A DNA stretch of 64,000 bases, from IMG/VR virus record IMGVR_UViG_3300042946_000906. One strand, given 5' to 3'. The notes under the pieces are model-generated. The model searched no databases. It saw only the letters and a list, made by a program, of their open reading frames with translations, and had not been told where the DNA came from. Positions 16,735-26,477 of the stretch are shown one piece after another. This stretch comes from a virus (lineage: Duplodnaviria; Heunggongvirae; Uroviricota; Caudoviricetes). Within the stretch, counting starts at the first letter, position 1. Each line of letters begins with the position of its first letter. The position numbers and the translations under genes were made by a program.

Positions 16735-17373
16735 ATGTCAACAACAACAAAGAAAAAACACATTAATGAACTCACTGAAGAGTTTAGACCTTTTTGGGAA
16801 CCTTTGTTTGAAGAAATGGGTATTGAAAACCCTTTGTTTTTTGCAAAATTGTGTTACAACGGTAACGAATTTGGAGTATTGCCAGTAGAAACTATTAGAT
16901 TTTATGCTGAACAAATTTCCAAAAACCAAGATGTATTCATAGAACTCTTCGATTGGTTTGATAAACCTTATCATGATGGAGAACGTGTGCTTTACAGATT
17001 TAAAAATAATCCTGACTGGAGAGAAAACCCAGCAGATTATAGAGAGATAACAAAAAAGAAAGATGGTACAATGCTTCCGACTCCATCTTATGCTTTTAAA
17101 TTATCTTCTTGCGAAGTGGTAAATAGAACAAACATAAAGTTCAGTGTACCAGAACCTCAGACAAAAACATCAGACGAACCAGAACTTACGCTTCCTAAGT
17201 ATGGTGAAATTGATAATGAGATATTTGATGACAACTATCTCGAAAAAGATGATAATCATTATGCTCAAATGACAATTAGAGACATTTACTGTATTGTGCA
17301 GAATGTTCCAATGTCAAACAAAAAGTGGTTAAACAATTTAATAAAAGACGGTAAACAATGGCAACAGAAGTAA
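16735..17373 (+). CDS. hypothetical protein (212 aa)
   Basis: Co-oriented ORF. Confidence 0.5.
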   Translation: MSTTTKKKHINELTEEFRPFWEPLFEEMGIENPLFFAKLCYNGNEFGVLPVETIRFYAEQISKNQDVFIELFDWFDKPYHDGERVLYRFKNNPDWRENPADYREITKKKDGTMLPTPSYAFKLSSCEVVNRTNIKFSVPEPQTKTSDEPELTLPKYGEIDNEIFDDNYLEKDDNHYAQMTIRDIYCIVQNVPMSNKKWLNNLIKDGKQWQQK

Positions 17374-18116
17374 AAGGTATAGAATTACCAACTGCTACAA
17401 TTAAATCAGTAGTAAAGAGTCCAAAAAACTTAATCATATTTAGTAAACCAAAAACAGGTAAGACAACATTGTTGTCACAACTGCCTAATTGTTTACTTAT
17501 AGATTTAGAAAGTGGTTCCGACTATGTTGATGCAATGAAAATCAAAGCAAGTAACATCAAAGAACTTATGGACATTGAGGCTGCAATTATTAAAGCAGGT
17601 AAGCCATACAAGTATATCGCTTTAGACACTATTACTGCATTAGAAGACATGTGTATACCATACGCAGAACATTTGTATTCGTTATCACCAATGGGTGCTA
17701 ATTGGAAAACAACCGGTAAAGCAAAGTACGGTAACATATTGAATCTTGCAAATGGTGCAGGTTATCCATGGTTACGTCAAGCATTTAATGATATTACGTC
17801 AAGAATCAAAAATCTTGCACCTAATGTTATTTTTTGTGGTCACGTAAAAGACACATTATTGTCTAAAAATGGTAATGATTTTAGTTCGTTGGATCTTAAT
17901 CTAACAGGTAAACTGAAAGACATTACAACATCTAAATCAGACGCAATTGGATACTTGGTGCGTAAAGGAGACAAAAATATCTTGAGTTTTAAAACACAAG
18001 ATGATATTTCATGTGGTGCAAGACCAGAACATTTAAGAAATAAAGAGATTGTTATCTCTGAAACTCTTGAAGATGGTACTATTGTAACACACTGGGATGA
18101 AGTATTTATTGATTAA
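17358..18116 (+). CDS. RecA-like AAA ATPase (AAA_24/Sak4-like)
   Basis: Walker A FSKPKTGKTT near the N-terminus followed by hydrophobic-DLE Walker B (LLIDLESG), the typical Sak4/AAA_24 layout. Confidence 0.55.
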   Translation: MATEVKGIELPTATIKSVVKSPKNLIIFSKPKTGKTTLLSQLPNCLLIDLESGSDYVDAMKIKASNIKELMDIEAAIIKAGKPYKYIALDTITALEDMCIPYAEHLYSLSPMGANWKTTGKAKYGNILNLANGAGYPWLRQAFNDITSRIKNLAPNVIFCGHVKDTLLSKNGNDFSSLDLNLTGKLKDITTSKSDAIGYLVRKGDKNILSFKTQDDISCGARPEHLRNKEIVISETLEDGTIVTHWDEVFID

Positions 18117-18152
18117 TTAAAAATTATTATTAAAAATTAAAAATTAGAAAAA

Positions 18153-18899
18153 ATGGGAACATTTAGCTTAAACGATTACAATCCATCAGAAGGAAACTAT
18201 GTATCTAAAATTTTATTACCAGGTACGCATAAATGCAGAATCTTAGATTTGAAATTAGAAAGACCTCCGTATGACAGAGAACAATATAATTTGATTTTTG
18301 TATTGGAAGGTCCAGAAATTGGTGATGGATTCGAAGGTATTCAAATTAACAGATTAGATCCTTCTAAAGGAAACTATAAAGGACAGATTGCTTCTGTTAG
18401 AAGTGGTCAATTTGGATTTAAAGACTGGGTTTACAAAGGTAAAACTATTGGAAGAGACGAGTCTATTCAAAATTTCTTAGGTAGTTTCTTAAAACAACTT
18501 GGATTGTTAGAAAAGTTCCAATCTCTTAATATTCAGTGTGATACAATTGAAGACTTGGTTGTTGCAATCAAAAACTTTATTTGTAAAGCAGACTTCTGGT
18601 TGCATTTTACAATTGGTGGACAAAAATATTACAAAGATGGTTCAGACTATGCAAACTATTCTTTATTTTTACCAAAAAGAACCGAGGGTAAATATGCTTA
18701 CGCGTTAACTGCAGAAGATCCAAACTTCTTACCATTTAACGAAGCTGTTCATATCTATGAGAAAAAGGTTGCCGAAGACACTTCTGAAACAGTAAGTGAA
18801 TTTTCTGCAGCTCCTGCAGCTCAAGATATTTTCAATGACGCACCAGCTGCAAGTGCTCCAATCTTTGAAGACAACGTAAATGATTTGCAACTACCATAA
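18153..18899 (+). CDS. hypothetical protein (248 aa), possibly the ssDNA-binding partner of the Sak4-like ATPase
   Basis: Position directly after Sak4-like gene; Ala/Pro-rich acidic C-terminal tail (AAPAAQDIFNDAPAASAPIFEDNVNDLQLP). Confidence 0.5.
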   Translation: MGTFSLNDYNPSEGNYVSKILLPGTHKCRILDLKLERPPYDREQYNLIFVLEGPEIGDGFEGIQINRLDPSKGNYKGQIASVRSGQFGFKDWVYKGKTIGRDESIQNFLGSFLKQLGLLEKFQSLNIQCDTIEDLVVAIKNFICKADFWLHFTIGGQKYYKDGSDYANYSLFLPKRTEGKYAYALTAEDPNFLPFNEAVHIYEKKVAEDTSETVSEFSAAPAAQDIFNDAPAASAPIFEDNVNDLQLP

Positions 18900-18922
18900 T
18901 TAAAATGTTTTATTTTTAAGAT

Positions 18923-18955
18923 GAGGGTAGATGTAATGTCTACCCTTTTCATTTT
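18923..18955 (+). terminator. rho-independent terminator
   Basis: GAGGGTAGA-TGTAATG-TCTACCCT hairpin followed by TTTCATTTT. Confidence 0.6.
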
Positions 18956-18972
18956 AATGTAAAATACTGATT

Positions 18973-19980
18973 ATGTTTAGTTTAAATAATTTTGTCGCAT
19001 CAATAGATGATGTACCATCGGATTGGATATTTGAAAACTATTTGGATCTTGCTGAAAAGTTATCAGGTCAAAATGTACGAATGAATAGTTTATTTAATCC
19101 ACATGATAGAGATCCATCAATGTATCTGTATTATGTAAAAGCAATTGGTAAATACCGGTATAAATGTTTTTCAACAGGTAAATCTGGTAATGCAGTTGAC
19201 TTAATGGCAAAATTGTGGAATGTAGATTATGGCACTGCAGTCTATAAAATCTTGGAAGATTACCAGTCATTTTTGAAGACAGGTAAAACAACTCCAAAGA
19301 AAGAATTTGTAGAAACCAAATGGATTGTCTCTGAATATTTTATCAGAAGTTGGACCAAAGATGATGCAGATTTCTGGTTACAGTTTAATATTGGTAGTAA
19401 ATTGTTAAATGAGTACAATGTAATTCCATTACGTAGTTACACTATGGCAAAGCAAGTTGGTGATATAATCACCGATGAAGAGTTCCATGTACAAAAAAAG
19501 TATACTTATTTGTACACTACAAAGTACAACGAGATGTACAAAATTTACCAACCAAAAAATGGAGCCAAGAAATTTTTAAAGTTAATGGACTATACTCAAG
19601 GTATAGATCAGTTAGAAGGAGCCAGGTTTTTAGTTATCACATCTTCTCTAAAAGATTGCATGGCAATTAGAAGTATCCCAGGTCTTGACGTTGACGTTAT
19701 AGCACCAGATAGTGAGAATACAAAATTGTCTTCAGAACTAATTGAATCCATGAAAAGTAATTACGAAGCTGTTGTTACTTATATGGATAGTGATGCTGCA
19801 GGTATTGCGAGTATGAAATATTATTTGGAAACTTATAATTTACCGTTTTGTTATATACCGCTTGAAAAAGACTTTAGTGACATTGTCAAAGTTCACGGTA
19901 TCAAAAAAGCAGCATACACTTTTATACCAGTTTTAGACAGAGCAGTTGCAAAATATAAAGAATTAAATGTAGATTTGTAA
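18973..19980 (+). CDS. DnaG-like DNA primase (degenerate zinc-finger region + TOPRIM)
   Basis: NPHDRDPSM...YKCFSTGKSGNAVDLM aligns to the CHC2 primase finger (CPFHxExTPSF...HCFGCGxxGdvIxF) with two ligands lost. C-terminal TOPRIM acidic motif VVTYMDSDAAG. Confidence 0.6.
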   Translation: MFSLNNFVASIDDVPSDWIFENYLDLAEKLSGQNVRMNSLFNPHDRDPSMYLYYVKAIGKYRYKCFSTGKSGNAVDLMAKLWNVDYGTAVYKILEDYQSFLKTGKTTPKKEFVETKWIVSEYFIRSWTKDDADFWLQFNIGSKLLNEYNVIPLRSYTMAKQVGDIITDEEFHVQKKYTYLYTTKYNEMYKIYQPKNGAKKFLKLMDYTQGIDQLEGARFLVITSSLKDCMAIRSIPGLDVDVIAPDSENTKLSSELIESMKSNYEAVVTYMDSDAAGIASMKYYLETYNLPFCYIPLEKDFSDIVKVHGIKKAAYTFIPVLDRAVAKYKELNVDL

Positions 19981-19992
19981 AAAATCAACATT

Positions 19993-20448
19993 ATGAGCAA
20001 TTGGATCTTAACTGAAAGTAATAACAAAGTAATTACTAAATTAGAGGATATACCTAACAATGAGCATGTTATAGGTTTTGTTTACAAAATTACACACATT
20101 GGAACTGGTAAATTCTACATTGGCAAAAAAAGTCTATTCGCATCAAGAAAGACTGCAATCAGTAAAAAAGAAAAAGCAACTACTGGTACAAGAAAGCGTA
20201 CTAAAACAGTTGTAAAAGAATCAAACTGGTTGTCATATTTTGGTAGTTGTAAAGAACTATCTGAAGAAGTGCTAAGAAATGGAGCACATAGTTATAAACG
20301 CGAGATTCTTGAATTGTGTTGTACTAAAAAATACCTGAACTATTGCGAATTAAGTTATCAAGTAAAACTTGACGTCTTATCATCAAATAGTTATAATGGT
20401 AATATATTAGGCAGATACTTTGCAAGAGATATGCAAAATTGTAAATAA
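19993..20448 (+). CDS. GIY-YIG nuclease domain protein (homing-endonuclease-like)
   Basis: N-terminal IGFVYKITHIGTGKFYIGKK = GIY-(x10)-YIG spacing typical of GIY-YIG nucleases; basic remainder. Confidence 0.55.
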   Translation: MSNWILTESNNKVITKLEDIPNNEHVIGFVYKITHIGTGKFYIGKKSLFASRKTAISKKEKATTGTRKRTKTVVKESNWLSYFGSCKELSEEVLRNGAHSYKREILELCCTKKYLNYCELSYQVKLDVLSSNSYNGNILGRYFARDMQNCK

Positions 20449-21491
20449 TGAAAGTACAAAATTTGATGCCCACAGTAGCAGATCGTCTACAAAAAGAAGA
20501 AGAGTTCTTTGACAAAAATTTTATGATGTCTTATTCTGGTTTGAATAAGTTATTATACAGTCCAAGATTGTTTTATTTACATTATATCTTGGGACAACGC
20601 GATGACGCAACTGACAAATTTGCAATAGAAGGGAAGTTAATTCACTGTCTATTCTTAAAACCGGATGATTTTGACAAAGAATTTGCATTAAGTATTGCTG
20701 ATGTGCCAAGCGATAATCCAAAAACATTATTGGATAGATTGTTTGTACACTACAAAGAACTTAATGCTGCAGGTGATCCACGAGAAAATCTGGAACATTT
20801 CGAACATGCAATACTGGATATTCTCAAAGACATGAATTTGTATCAGACTTTGAAGACTGATGCTCAACGTGTTGAAAAAATTATCACAGAACGACATGTT
20901 GCTTACTGGGACCACTTAAAAAATGGTGAAGGTAAAATACTTGTGGATCCTGATACATTTGCTCAATGCAATGCAATTGTTGAAGAGATTAAATCCAAAG
21001 ACAATGTAATGTCTATTATGGGTTATAGACCTGATTTTGGACAAGACATTAAGTTGCAAAATGAAATTGAACTTGCTGCATTTGATGATAAGTATCCATT
21101 GTTTGGATTAAGAGGATTCATTGACAACTTGGTAATTGATCATACTAACAAAGTAATACGTGTTAATGATTTAAAGAAATCAAGTAAAGACATATCTTCT
21201 TTTCCAGAGTCAATTGAATACTATAAATATTGGATGCAAGCAGCTATGTATTACATGTTGATATGTAATGTGTATTTGTTCAAACCAGAGTATTCAGACT
21301 ACAAATTTGAATTTAGATTCATTGTAGTTGATAACTATCTGCAGATTGCACCAATTAGAGTTTCAAATGAAACTTTAAAAGAATGGGTAAAGAAAACCCA
21401 AGCATTATTGGATCAAGCTCATTATCATTTTGATAACAAGAACTTTGATCTACCATATGAATTTTTAATAAATGATGAAATTGTGTTATGA
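20448..21491 (+). CDS. PD-(D/E)XK nuclease (RecB/YqaJ-like exonuclease)
   Basis: GLRGFIDNLVID...VIRVNDLKK gives the D...D/ExK triad arrangement. Confidence 0.45.
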   Translation: MKVQNLMPTVADRLQKEEEFFDKNFMMSYSGLNKLLYSPRLFYLHYILGQRDDATDKFAIEGKLIHCLFLKPDDFDKEFALSIADVPSDNPKTLLDRLFVHYKELNAAGDPRENLEHFEHAILDILKDMNLYQTLKTDAQRVEKIITERHVAYWDHLKNGEGKILVDPDTFAQCNAIVEEIKSKDNVMSIMGYRPDFGQDIKLQNEIELAAFDDKYPLFGLRGFIDNLVIDHTNKVIRVNDLKKSSKDISSFPESIEYYKYWMQAAMYYMLICNVYLFKPEYSDYKFEFRFIVVDNYLQIAPIRVSNETLKEWVKKTQALLDQAHYHFDNKNFDLPYEFLINDEIVL

Positions 21492-22051
21492 TAACTGATA
21501 TTTATAGAAAATATTTTCAGAAATCTTACAACTTCTTGTATCCTTTATTAGGATTAAAGAAACACAAAACCCACAAACCTTCCCAAACTTATATAGAATG
21601 GGAAGACGTTTGTGACTTTACATCAAGAAAACTAATATGTGTTTTTAAAAGACAAGACACTCCGGAATGGAAACATTTTGAGATGAATTATCTAATTGCA
21701 CATAGTATGCTTGATCACTGTGTTCCAATTGACGAGAACACAATTGCATATGTATTTGATTTGAACTCTAAAGCAGAGGACTTCGATGCATTTTGCAATG
21801 GTCAATACTCACGATTTTCTTCTGATGCAAAAAAGATGCTAAGTAACTATTATGGAGTTCATACTCCAGAGTGGGTATTTATGGAGTCTTACGTGTATCC
21901 AGAAAAATATTTTAAGAAATATGCAGAAATTTTATTAATTGATGTTGATATTCTTAAAAAAGTTGGCGAACTTTGTGAAAAATACGACCAGGTAAAAGAA
22001 GTGTATACTACACCTCATCCTGAAATCTCCACGTATAATATAAACCAATAA
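21488..22051 (+). CDS. hypothetical protein (187 aa)
   Basis: Co-oriented ORF, 4-nt overlap with the upstream gene. Confidence 0.5.
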   Translation: MITDIYRKYFQKSYNFLYPLLGLKKHKTHKPSQTYIEWEDVCDFTSRKLICVFKRQDTPEWKHFEMNYLIAHSMLDHCVPIDENTIAYVFDLNSKAEDFDAFCNGQYSRFSSDAKKMLSNYYGVHTPEWVFMESYVYPEKYFKKYAEILLIDVDILKKVGELCEKYDQVKEVYTTPHPEISTYNINQ

Positions 22052-22054
22052 ATA

Positions 22055-22423
22055 ATGACAGCACAAAGTATGCTTATATATTCTACTGACTGGTACGGTA
22101 GAAGAACTTTTAGAATGTTACCAGCAACAGAAGAATGTCCTTATAACGAAGTAATCTTTGATCCAAGTACAAAGGTTCTTGCTGTTATCAGTAAAGAATT
22201 TAAAGAGAAACCACACATGTTTCCAAAGCTAAATGTAACAGGTAAACCGTTACACACAACTGCTGCTGGACATGATTATGTGGAAGAACGTATTGTAATG
22301 GACACATATTACGAATACTATCTTGATAACATTGATGATATTAGAGTTTTTGTAAATCATTTTGCAATTAACAGTGATCATTCTGCAATGAAAATTCTTG
22401 ATGAAGTTCTAACTGAAGAATAA
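22055..22423 (+). CDS. hypothetical protein (122 aa)
   Basis: Co-oriented ORF. Confidence 0.5.
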   Translation: MTAQSMLIYSTDWYGRRTFRMLPATEECPYNEVIFDPSTKVLAVISKEFKEKPHMFPKLNVTGKPLHTTAAGHDYVEERIVMDTYYEYYLDNIDDIRVFVNHFAINSDHSAMKILDEVLTEE

Positions 22424-22437
22424 TCCTAACAATTAAA

Positions 22438-24420
22438 ATGTCAATGATGTCACGTAATAAGAAATTTTGGATAATGGATTACGAAACAATTGTAAATTGT
22501 TTTGTAGCTGTGTTTACTGGATATTCTTCTGGTGAAACCCGGATCTTTGTTGTAAACAGAGATAGAAATGACCTGCCTGAGTTTCTTGATTTTTTAGATG
22601 AAAACATTGAACATAAAGATTGGCATTTTGGATATAATAATCTTGCATTTGACTCTCAAATAACTGAATTCATACTTGAAAACAGAAATGAGTTGTCGTA
22701 TTTGTCTTCTAATGATTTTACAGCAACAATTGCACAATATGCAGGTTCTGTTATTGCAAAATCTAATAGAGGAGAATGGTTAGATTATCCAGAGTTTAAG
22801 TTGTCTATTCCGTGTGTTGATATATTCAAACTCAACCACTGGGATGGTACAGCAAAAAGATGTTCTTTAAAATGGATACAGTTTTCTATGGATTGGTTTA
22901 ATGTTGAAGAGATGCCTCATCATCATACAGAACCGGTTCTTACTGATCAAGTATTAGATTCTATTGTAAGATATTGTATTAATGACGTAAGGTCAACTAA
23001 ACAAATATTTGTTCTTCGAAATCCTAAAGGAGAGCAAGTAATGGCAAGTCAAATAAATTTACGTGCTCAATTGAGTGCAGATTATAGATTAAATCTGTAT
23101 TCTGCAAGTGAGCCGCGTATAAGTAAAGAGATGTTTCTTCACTTCTTATCTGAAAAATTAGGAAAAGATAAGAAGGAAATCAGAGTAATGAAGACAGAAC
23201 GTGATAACGTAGTTGTCAGAAACATTATCTTACCAAGTATCAAGTTTGAAACGCCAGAATTTAATGGCGTGTTCAACTGGTTCAAAAGTCAAATAGTAAA
23301 TACTATGATTGACATTGAACAAGCAGAAACAAAAGGTCCTAAATACAGGATGATGTTCAAAGGAGTTCCTACTGACTATGGTTTAGGTGGTTTGCACGGA
23401 TGTATCAGATCTGGTATATACAGTGCAGGTAATGGTAAAAAGATTTTGTCTGCTGACGTGACGTCTTTTTATCCTAATCTTGCTATTAAAAATGAATGGT
23501 CTCCAGCGCATATTCCTAAAAGAGACTTTTGTGAACTGTATGAATGGTTCTTTGAAGAGAGAAAGAAATATCCAAAAACTTCTCCTTTGAATTATCTATT
23601 CAAAATTATATTGAATTCTACTTATGGATTAAGTAAAAATAAGTATTCGTTTTTGTATGATCCTGAATTTACTTTCAGAATTACCATCAATGGACAATTA
23701 CAACTATCAATGTTGTATGAGATGATAGCAACCAGAATCCCTGGTGCTCAACCACTTATGCAAAATACTGATGGTTTGGAGTTTCTTGTAGATGAACAAG
23801 ATGAAAAGTTATTTTATGAAATCTGTAAAGAGTGGGAAGAGTTGACATCTTTACAACTTGAAACAGTAGAATATGACAAGATGATTATTGGCGATGTGAA
23901 TAACTACATTGCTGTATACACAGATGGAAAAACAAAATGCAAAGGTCGTTTTGAATTTGAAGAGCTGGCACTTCATAAAAACAAATCTCATCTAATAATA
24001 CCAAAAGCGTTGTATGCATATTTCATATTTGGAAAAGATCCAAAAGATTTTTTACAAGAAAATAGAAATATATTTGACTATTGCGCAGGAGCAAAACTAA
24101 AAGGAAATTGGTTCTTTGAAAAAAGAGGTGTAGTAAATGGTGAGTATCAAGTAGAAAAACTGCAAAGACTTGTTAGATATTATATTTCCAATACAGGAGT
24201 CAAGCTAATTAAGTGTAATCCGGATGGTCGCGAAATACAATTGGAAAGTGGTAAGCACATGCAGACAATATTTAATCTGCATGAAGAAAAACCATGGAAC
24301 CAATATGATATAAACGAAAAGTATTATTTAGATAAGATTTATGATGAGATTCAAAAGATAGAGAAGTCATCTATCATATTACCTCAAGATAAAGTAAATC
24401 AACAATTAAGTCTCTTTTAA
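22438..24420 (+). CDS. family B DNA polymerase with 3'-5' exonuclease domain
   Basis: Exo I MDYET, Exo II YNNLAFDSQ, Exo III YCINDV, Pol A SADVTSFYPNL (DxxSLYPS), Pol B KIILNSTYGL (KxxxNSxYG), Pol C QNTDGLEF (DTDS-like, see findings). Confidence 0.85.
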   Translation: MSMMSRNKKFWIMDYETIVNCFVAVFTGYSSGETRIFVVNRDRNDLPEFLDFLDENIEHKDWHFGYNNLAFDSQITEFILENRNELSYLSSNDFTATIAQYAGSVIAKSNRGEWLDYPEFKLSIPCVDIFKLNHWDGTAKRCSLKWIQFSMDWFNVEEMPHHHTEPVLTDQVLDSIVRYCINDVRSTKQIFVLRNPKGEQVMASQINLRAQLSADYRLNLYSASEPRISKEMFLHFLSEKLGKDKKEIRVMKTERDNVVVRNIILPSIKFETPEFNGVFNWFKSQIVNTMIDIEQAETKGPKYRMMFKGVPTDYGLGGLHGCIRSGIYSAGNGKKILSADVTSFYPNLAIKNEWSPAHIPKRDFCELYEWFFEERKKYPKTSPLNYLFKIILNSTYGLSKNKYSFLYDPEFTFRITINGQLQLSMLYEMIATRIPGAQPLMQNTDGLEFLVDEQDEKLFYEICKEWEELTSLQLETVEYDKMIIGDVNNYIAVYTDGKTKCKGRFEFEELALHKNKSHLIIPKALYAYFIFGKDPKDFLQENRNIFDYCAGAKLKGNWFFEKRGVVNGEYQVEKLQRLVRYYISNTGVKLIKCNPDGREIQLESGKHMQTIFNLHEEKPWNQYDINEKYYLDKIYDEIQKIEKSSIILPQDKVNQQLSLF

Positions 24421-24422
24421 AA

Positions 24423-25238
24423 ATGAAAAGAACAGTAAATGGCATGATTGCCTATGGTAAAATGTTAAGCACACCATTACCAGCAAGAACAAAAACATAT
24501 ACTCCTATCTCTCACAAAGACGTTGTCAGTCGTGTGAGAGCAGAAATAGCTGCAGCAGGATATATAATTACTGGCGAAGATTACAAGTGCACACAAGATG
24601 GCACTGTAGCAATTGGAAATTTTAAATTGAATTATAAAGCGGATCCAGATGTTGAGTTATCTGCAAACTTTATGAATTCATATAATAAACAATATGCATT
24701 TAGATTCTCACTTGGAGGATTGGTAAAAGTATGTATGAACGGTATGATGTTATCAAACAGTAAGTTTGGGGCATACAAACGCGTTCACAAAGGTGCTGCA
24801 GATATACTTGCAGCTGGTAAAATCTCTGAGTTTATAAAAGATTCAGAAGAGTATTGGACAACATTGATACAGCATAAAGATGCTTTAAAAGATCGAATTA
24901 TAACAAAACCAATTGCATTTATTATTCTTGGTAAATTATTCTTTGAACATGAACTACTGACAACTATGCAGTTAAACATGATTAAGAAAGAAATGGAAAA
25001 ACCAAGTTTTGAATACAATGCAGATCCTGATAGTGCTTGGGTATTGTATAATCACATTACTCTCGCATTAAAAGAAGCACATCCTTCTACCTGGATGGAT
25101 GATCAAGTAAAAATGCATCAAGTATTTTGTGACACTTTTGGTATAGACATTGATTCTGATACAGAACCTGAAGAAGACAGTGCCGGTTATACAGTTGCTG
25201 ATCGAGAAGAGGAAATAGAAGAACTATTACCATTTTAA
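24423..25238 (+). CDS. hypothetical protein (271 aa)
   Basis: Long co-oriented ORF directly after the polymerase. Confidence 0.55.
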   Translation: MKRTVNGMIAYGKMLSTPLPARTKTYTPISHKDVVSRVRAEIAAAGYIITGEDYKCTQDGTVAIGNFKLNYKADPDVELSANFMNSYNKQYAFRFSLGGLVKVCMNGMMLSNSKFGAYKRVHKGAADILAAGKISEFIKDSEEYWTTLIQHKDALKDRIITKPIAFIILGKLFFEHELLTTMQLNMIKKEMEKPSFEYNADPDSAWVLYNHITLALKEAHPSTWMDDQVKMHQVFCDTFGIDIDSDTEPEEDSAGYTVADREEEIEELLPF

Positions 25239-25241
25239 TAA

Positions 25242-25535
25242 TTGGGGAGTGTAAAAGCTCCCCTAATTTTAGTTATTATGAAAATAAATGAGCAATTGCA
25301 AGACATGATAGATCTTAAAACAAGATTACAAAAAGTACAAGAAAAAATAGAACTTTTAAATTCAGAACCAATGGTTGATGTTATATTACAAGCAATTATC
25401 AAAGTGAGTAAAAAAGATACATCTCACAATGTAGTTCAGTTTACAAAGCGATATCTACGTAGATATTACAATATCGATATAGATTCAAAATCGGTAAGAG
25501 ACAGAATAAAATCAATAACAAAACAATTAAAGTAA
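25242..25535 (+). CDS. hypothetical Lys-rich helical protein (97 aa)
   Basis: Co-oriented ORF. Confidence 0.45.
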   Translation: MGSVKAPLILVIMKINEQLQDMIDLKTRLQKVQEKIELLNSEPMVDVILQAIIKVSKKDTSHNVVQFTKRYLRRYYNIDIDSKSVRDRIKSITKQLK

Positions 25536-25753
25536 TGACAAAAAATTTAAAACTTGACCAAGCATTATCACTTTTGCAAACTGGTAATACTGTAACCAGA
25601 AATGAATGGAAAACAAGAGGTGAATTTCTTTATAGTGCAGATGAAGGTAAAACTATTGAGTTAAAAAATGCAGAAGGAACAATTGATCCAAATTGGCAAC
25701 CTGACGAAATTGATACAATCGCTGAAGATTGGGAAATGATTAATTCTTTATAA
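25535..25753 (+). CDS. DUF2829/Tad2-like small protein (candidate anti-Thoeris sponge)
   Basis: LDQALSLLQTGNTVTRNEWKTRGEFLY resembles the DUF2829 N-terminal signature (fgeAL.aLK.GkkV.R.gW...g.yi). C-terminal AEDWEMI resembles the family's (A/E)DW(E/I)V end. Comparison is from memory, not a search. Confidence 0.4.
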   Translation: MTKNLKLDQALSLLQTGNTVTRNEWKTRGEFLYSADEGKTIELKNAEGTIDPNWQPDEIDTIAEDWEMINSL

Positions 25754-25754
25754 G

Positions 25755-26477
25755 ATGATTATAGGTATAAATGGTAAAATAGGATCTGGTAAAGACACTA
25801 TTGGAGAAATTATACGAGGTCTTTGTTTAACAAATAAAGATCAAGTATTTGAAATCAAAAAGTTTGCTGGTAAACTAAAACAAATTGGCAGTATACTATC
25901 AGGTATTCCTGTAGAGAAATTTGAAGACCAAGAGTTTAAACAAAAACATATGGGTCTTGAGTGGGAAATGACATACAGAGAGTTTCTTCAAAAACTTGGT
26001 ACAGAAGCAATGCGTGATGGATTACATACAAATGTATGGGTAAATGCTTTGTTTGCTGATTATAGACTATGGAGTGATGGAAGTAAAGATTGGTATCCAA
26101 ACTGGATTATAACAGACATGAGATTTCCTAATGAGATGGAAGCTATTGTAGAGAAAGGTGGACTCACTATTAGAGTGGTTAGAAACAATAATGCTAAATA
26201 CTCAGATAAGAAAGTTAAATCCATACTTAAAGATATGGGTTATGTTGACTTATCAGATGGTGTTTGGGAAGAATTGGCTATCAATGAAGGATTCACCTGG
26301 TTTGAAACATTTAAGTTATGGACATGGGATGAAGATGATAACAATAATGAAGCTTTGCATCCTTCAGAAACAGCATTAGATGATGCTGAGTTTGATTATG
26401 AAATTATCAATGATGGTTCTATTGAAGATCTTGTAACAAAAGTTAGAGAAATACTAACAAAAGAAAATATAATATGA
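25755..26477 (+). CDS. P-loop nucleotide kinase (dNMP kinase-like)
   Basis: N-terminal Walker A GINGKIGSGKDT right at residue 4, as in phage dNMP kinases. Confidence 0.5.
   Translation: MIIGINGKIGSGKDTIGEIIRGLCLTNKDQVFEIKKFAGKLKQIGSILSGIPVEKFEDQEFKQKHMGLEWEMTYREFLQKLGTEAMRDGLHTNVWVNALFADYRLWSDGSKDWYPNWIITDMRFPNEMEAIVEKGGLTIRVVRNNNAKYSDKKVKSILKDMGYVDLSDGVWEELAINEGFTWFETFKLWTWDEDDNNNEALHPSETALDDAEFDYEIINDGSIEDLVTKVREILTKENII

Noticed and set aside
22438-24420. Possibility that the ~28 kb + strand region is an N4-like early/middle region with the 3843-aa protein as an N4-type single-subunit vRNAP
   Set aside because: The DNA polymerase is family B (N4-likes use family A), and the giant protein shows a DFDxD two-barrel-like motif rather than T7/N4-type motifs (no RxxxKxxxxxxYG / T/DxxGR seen).
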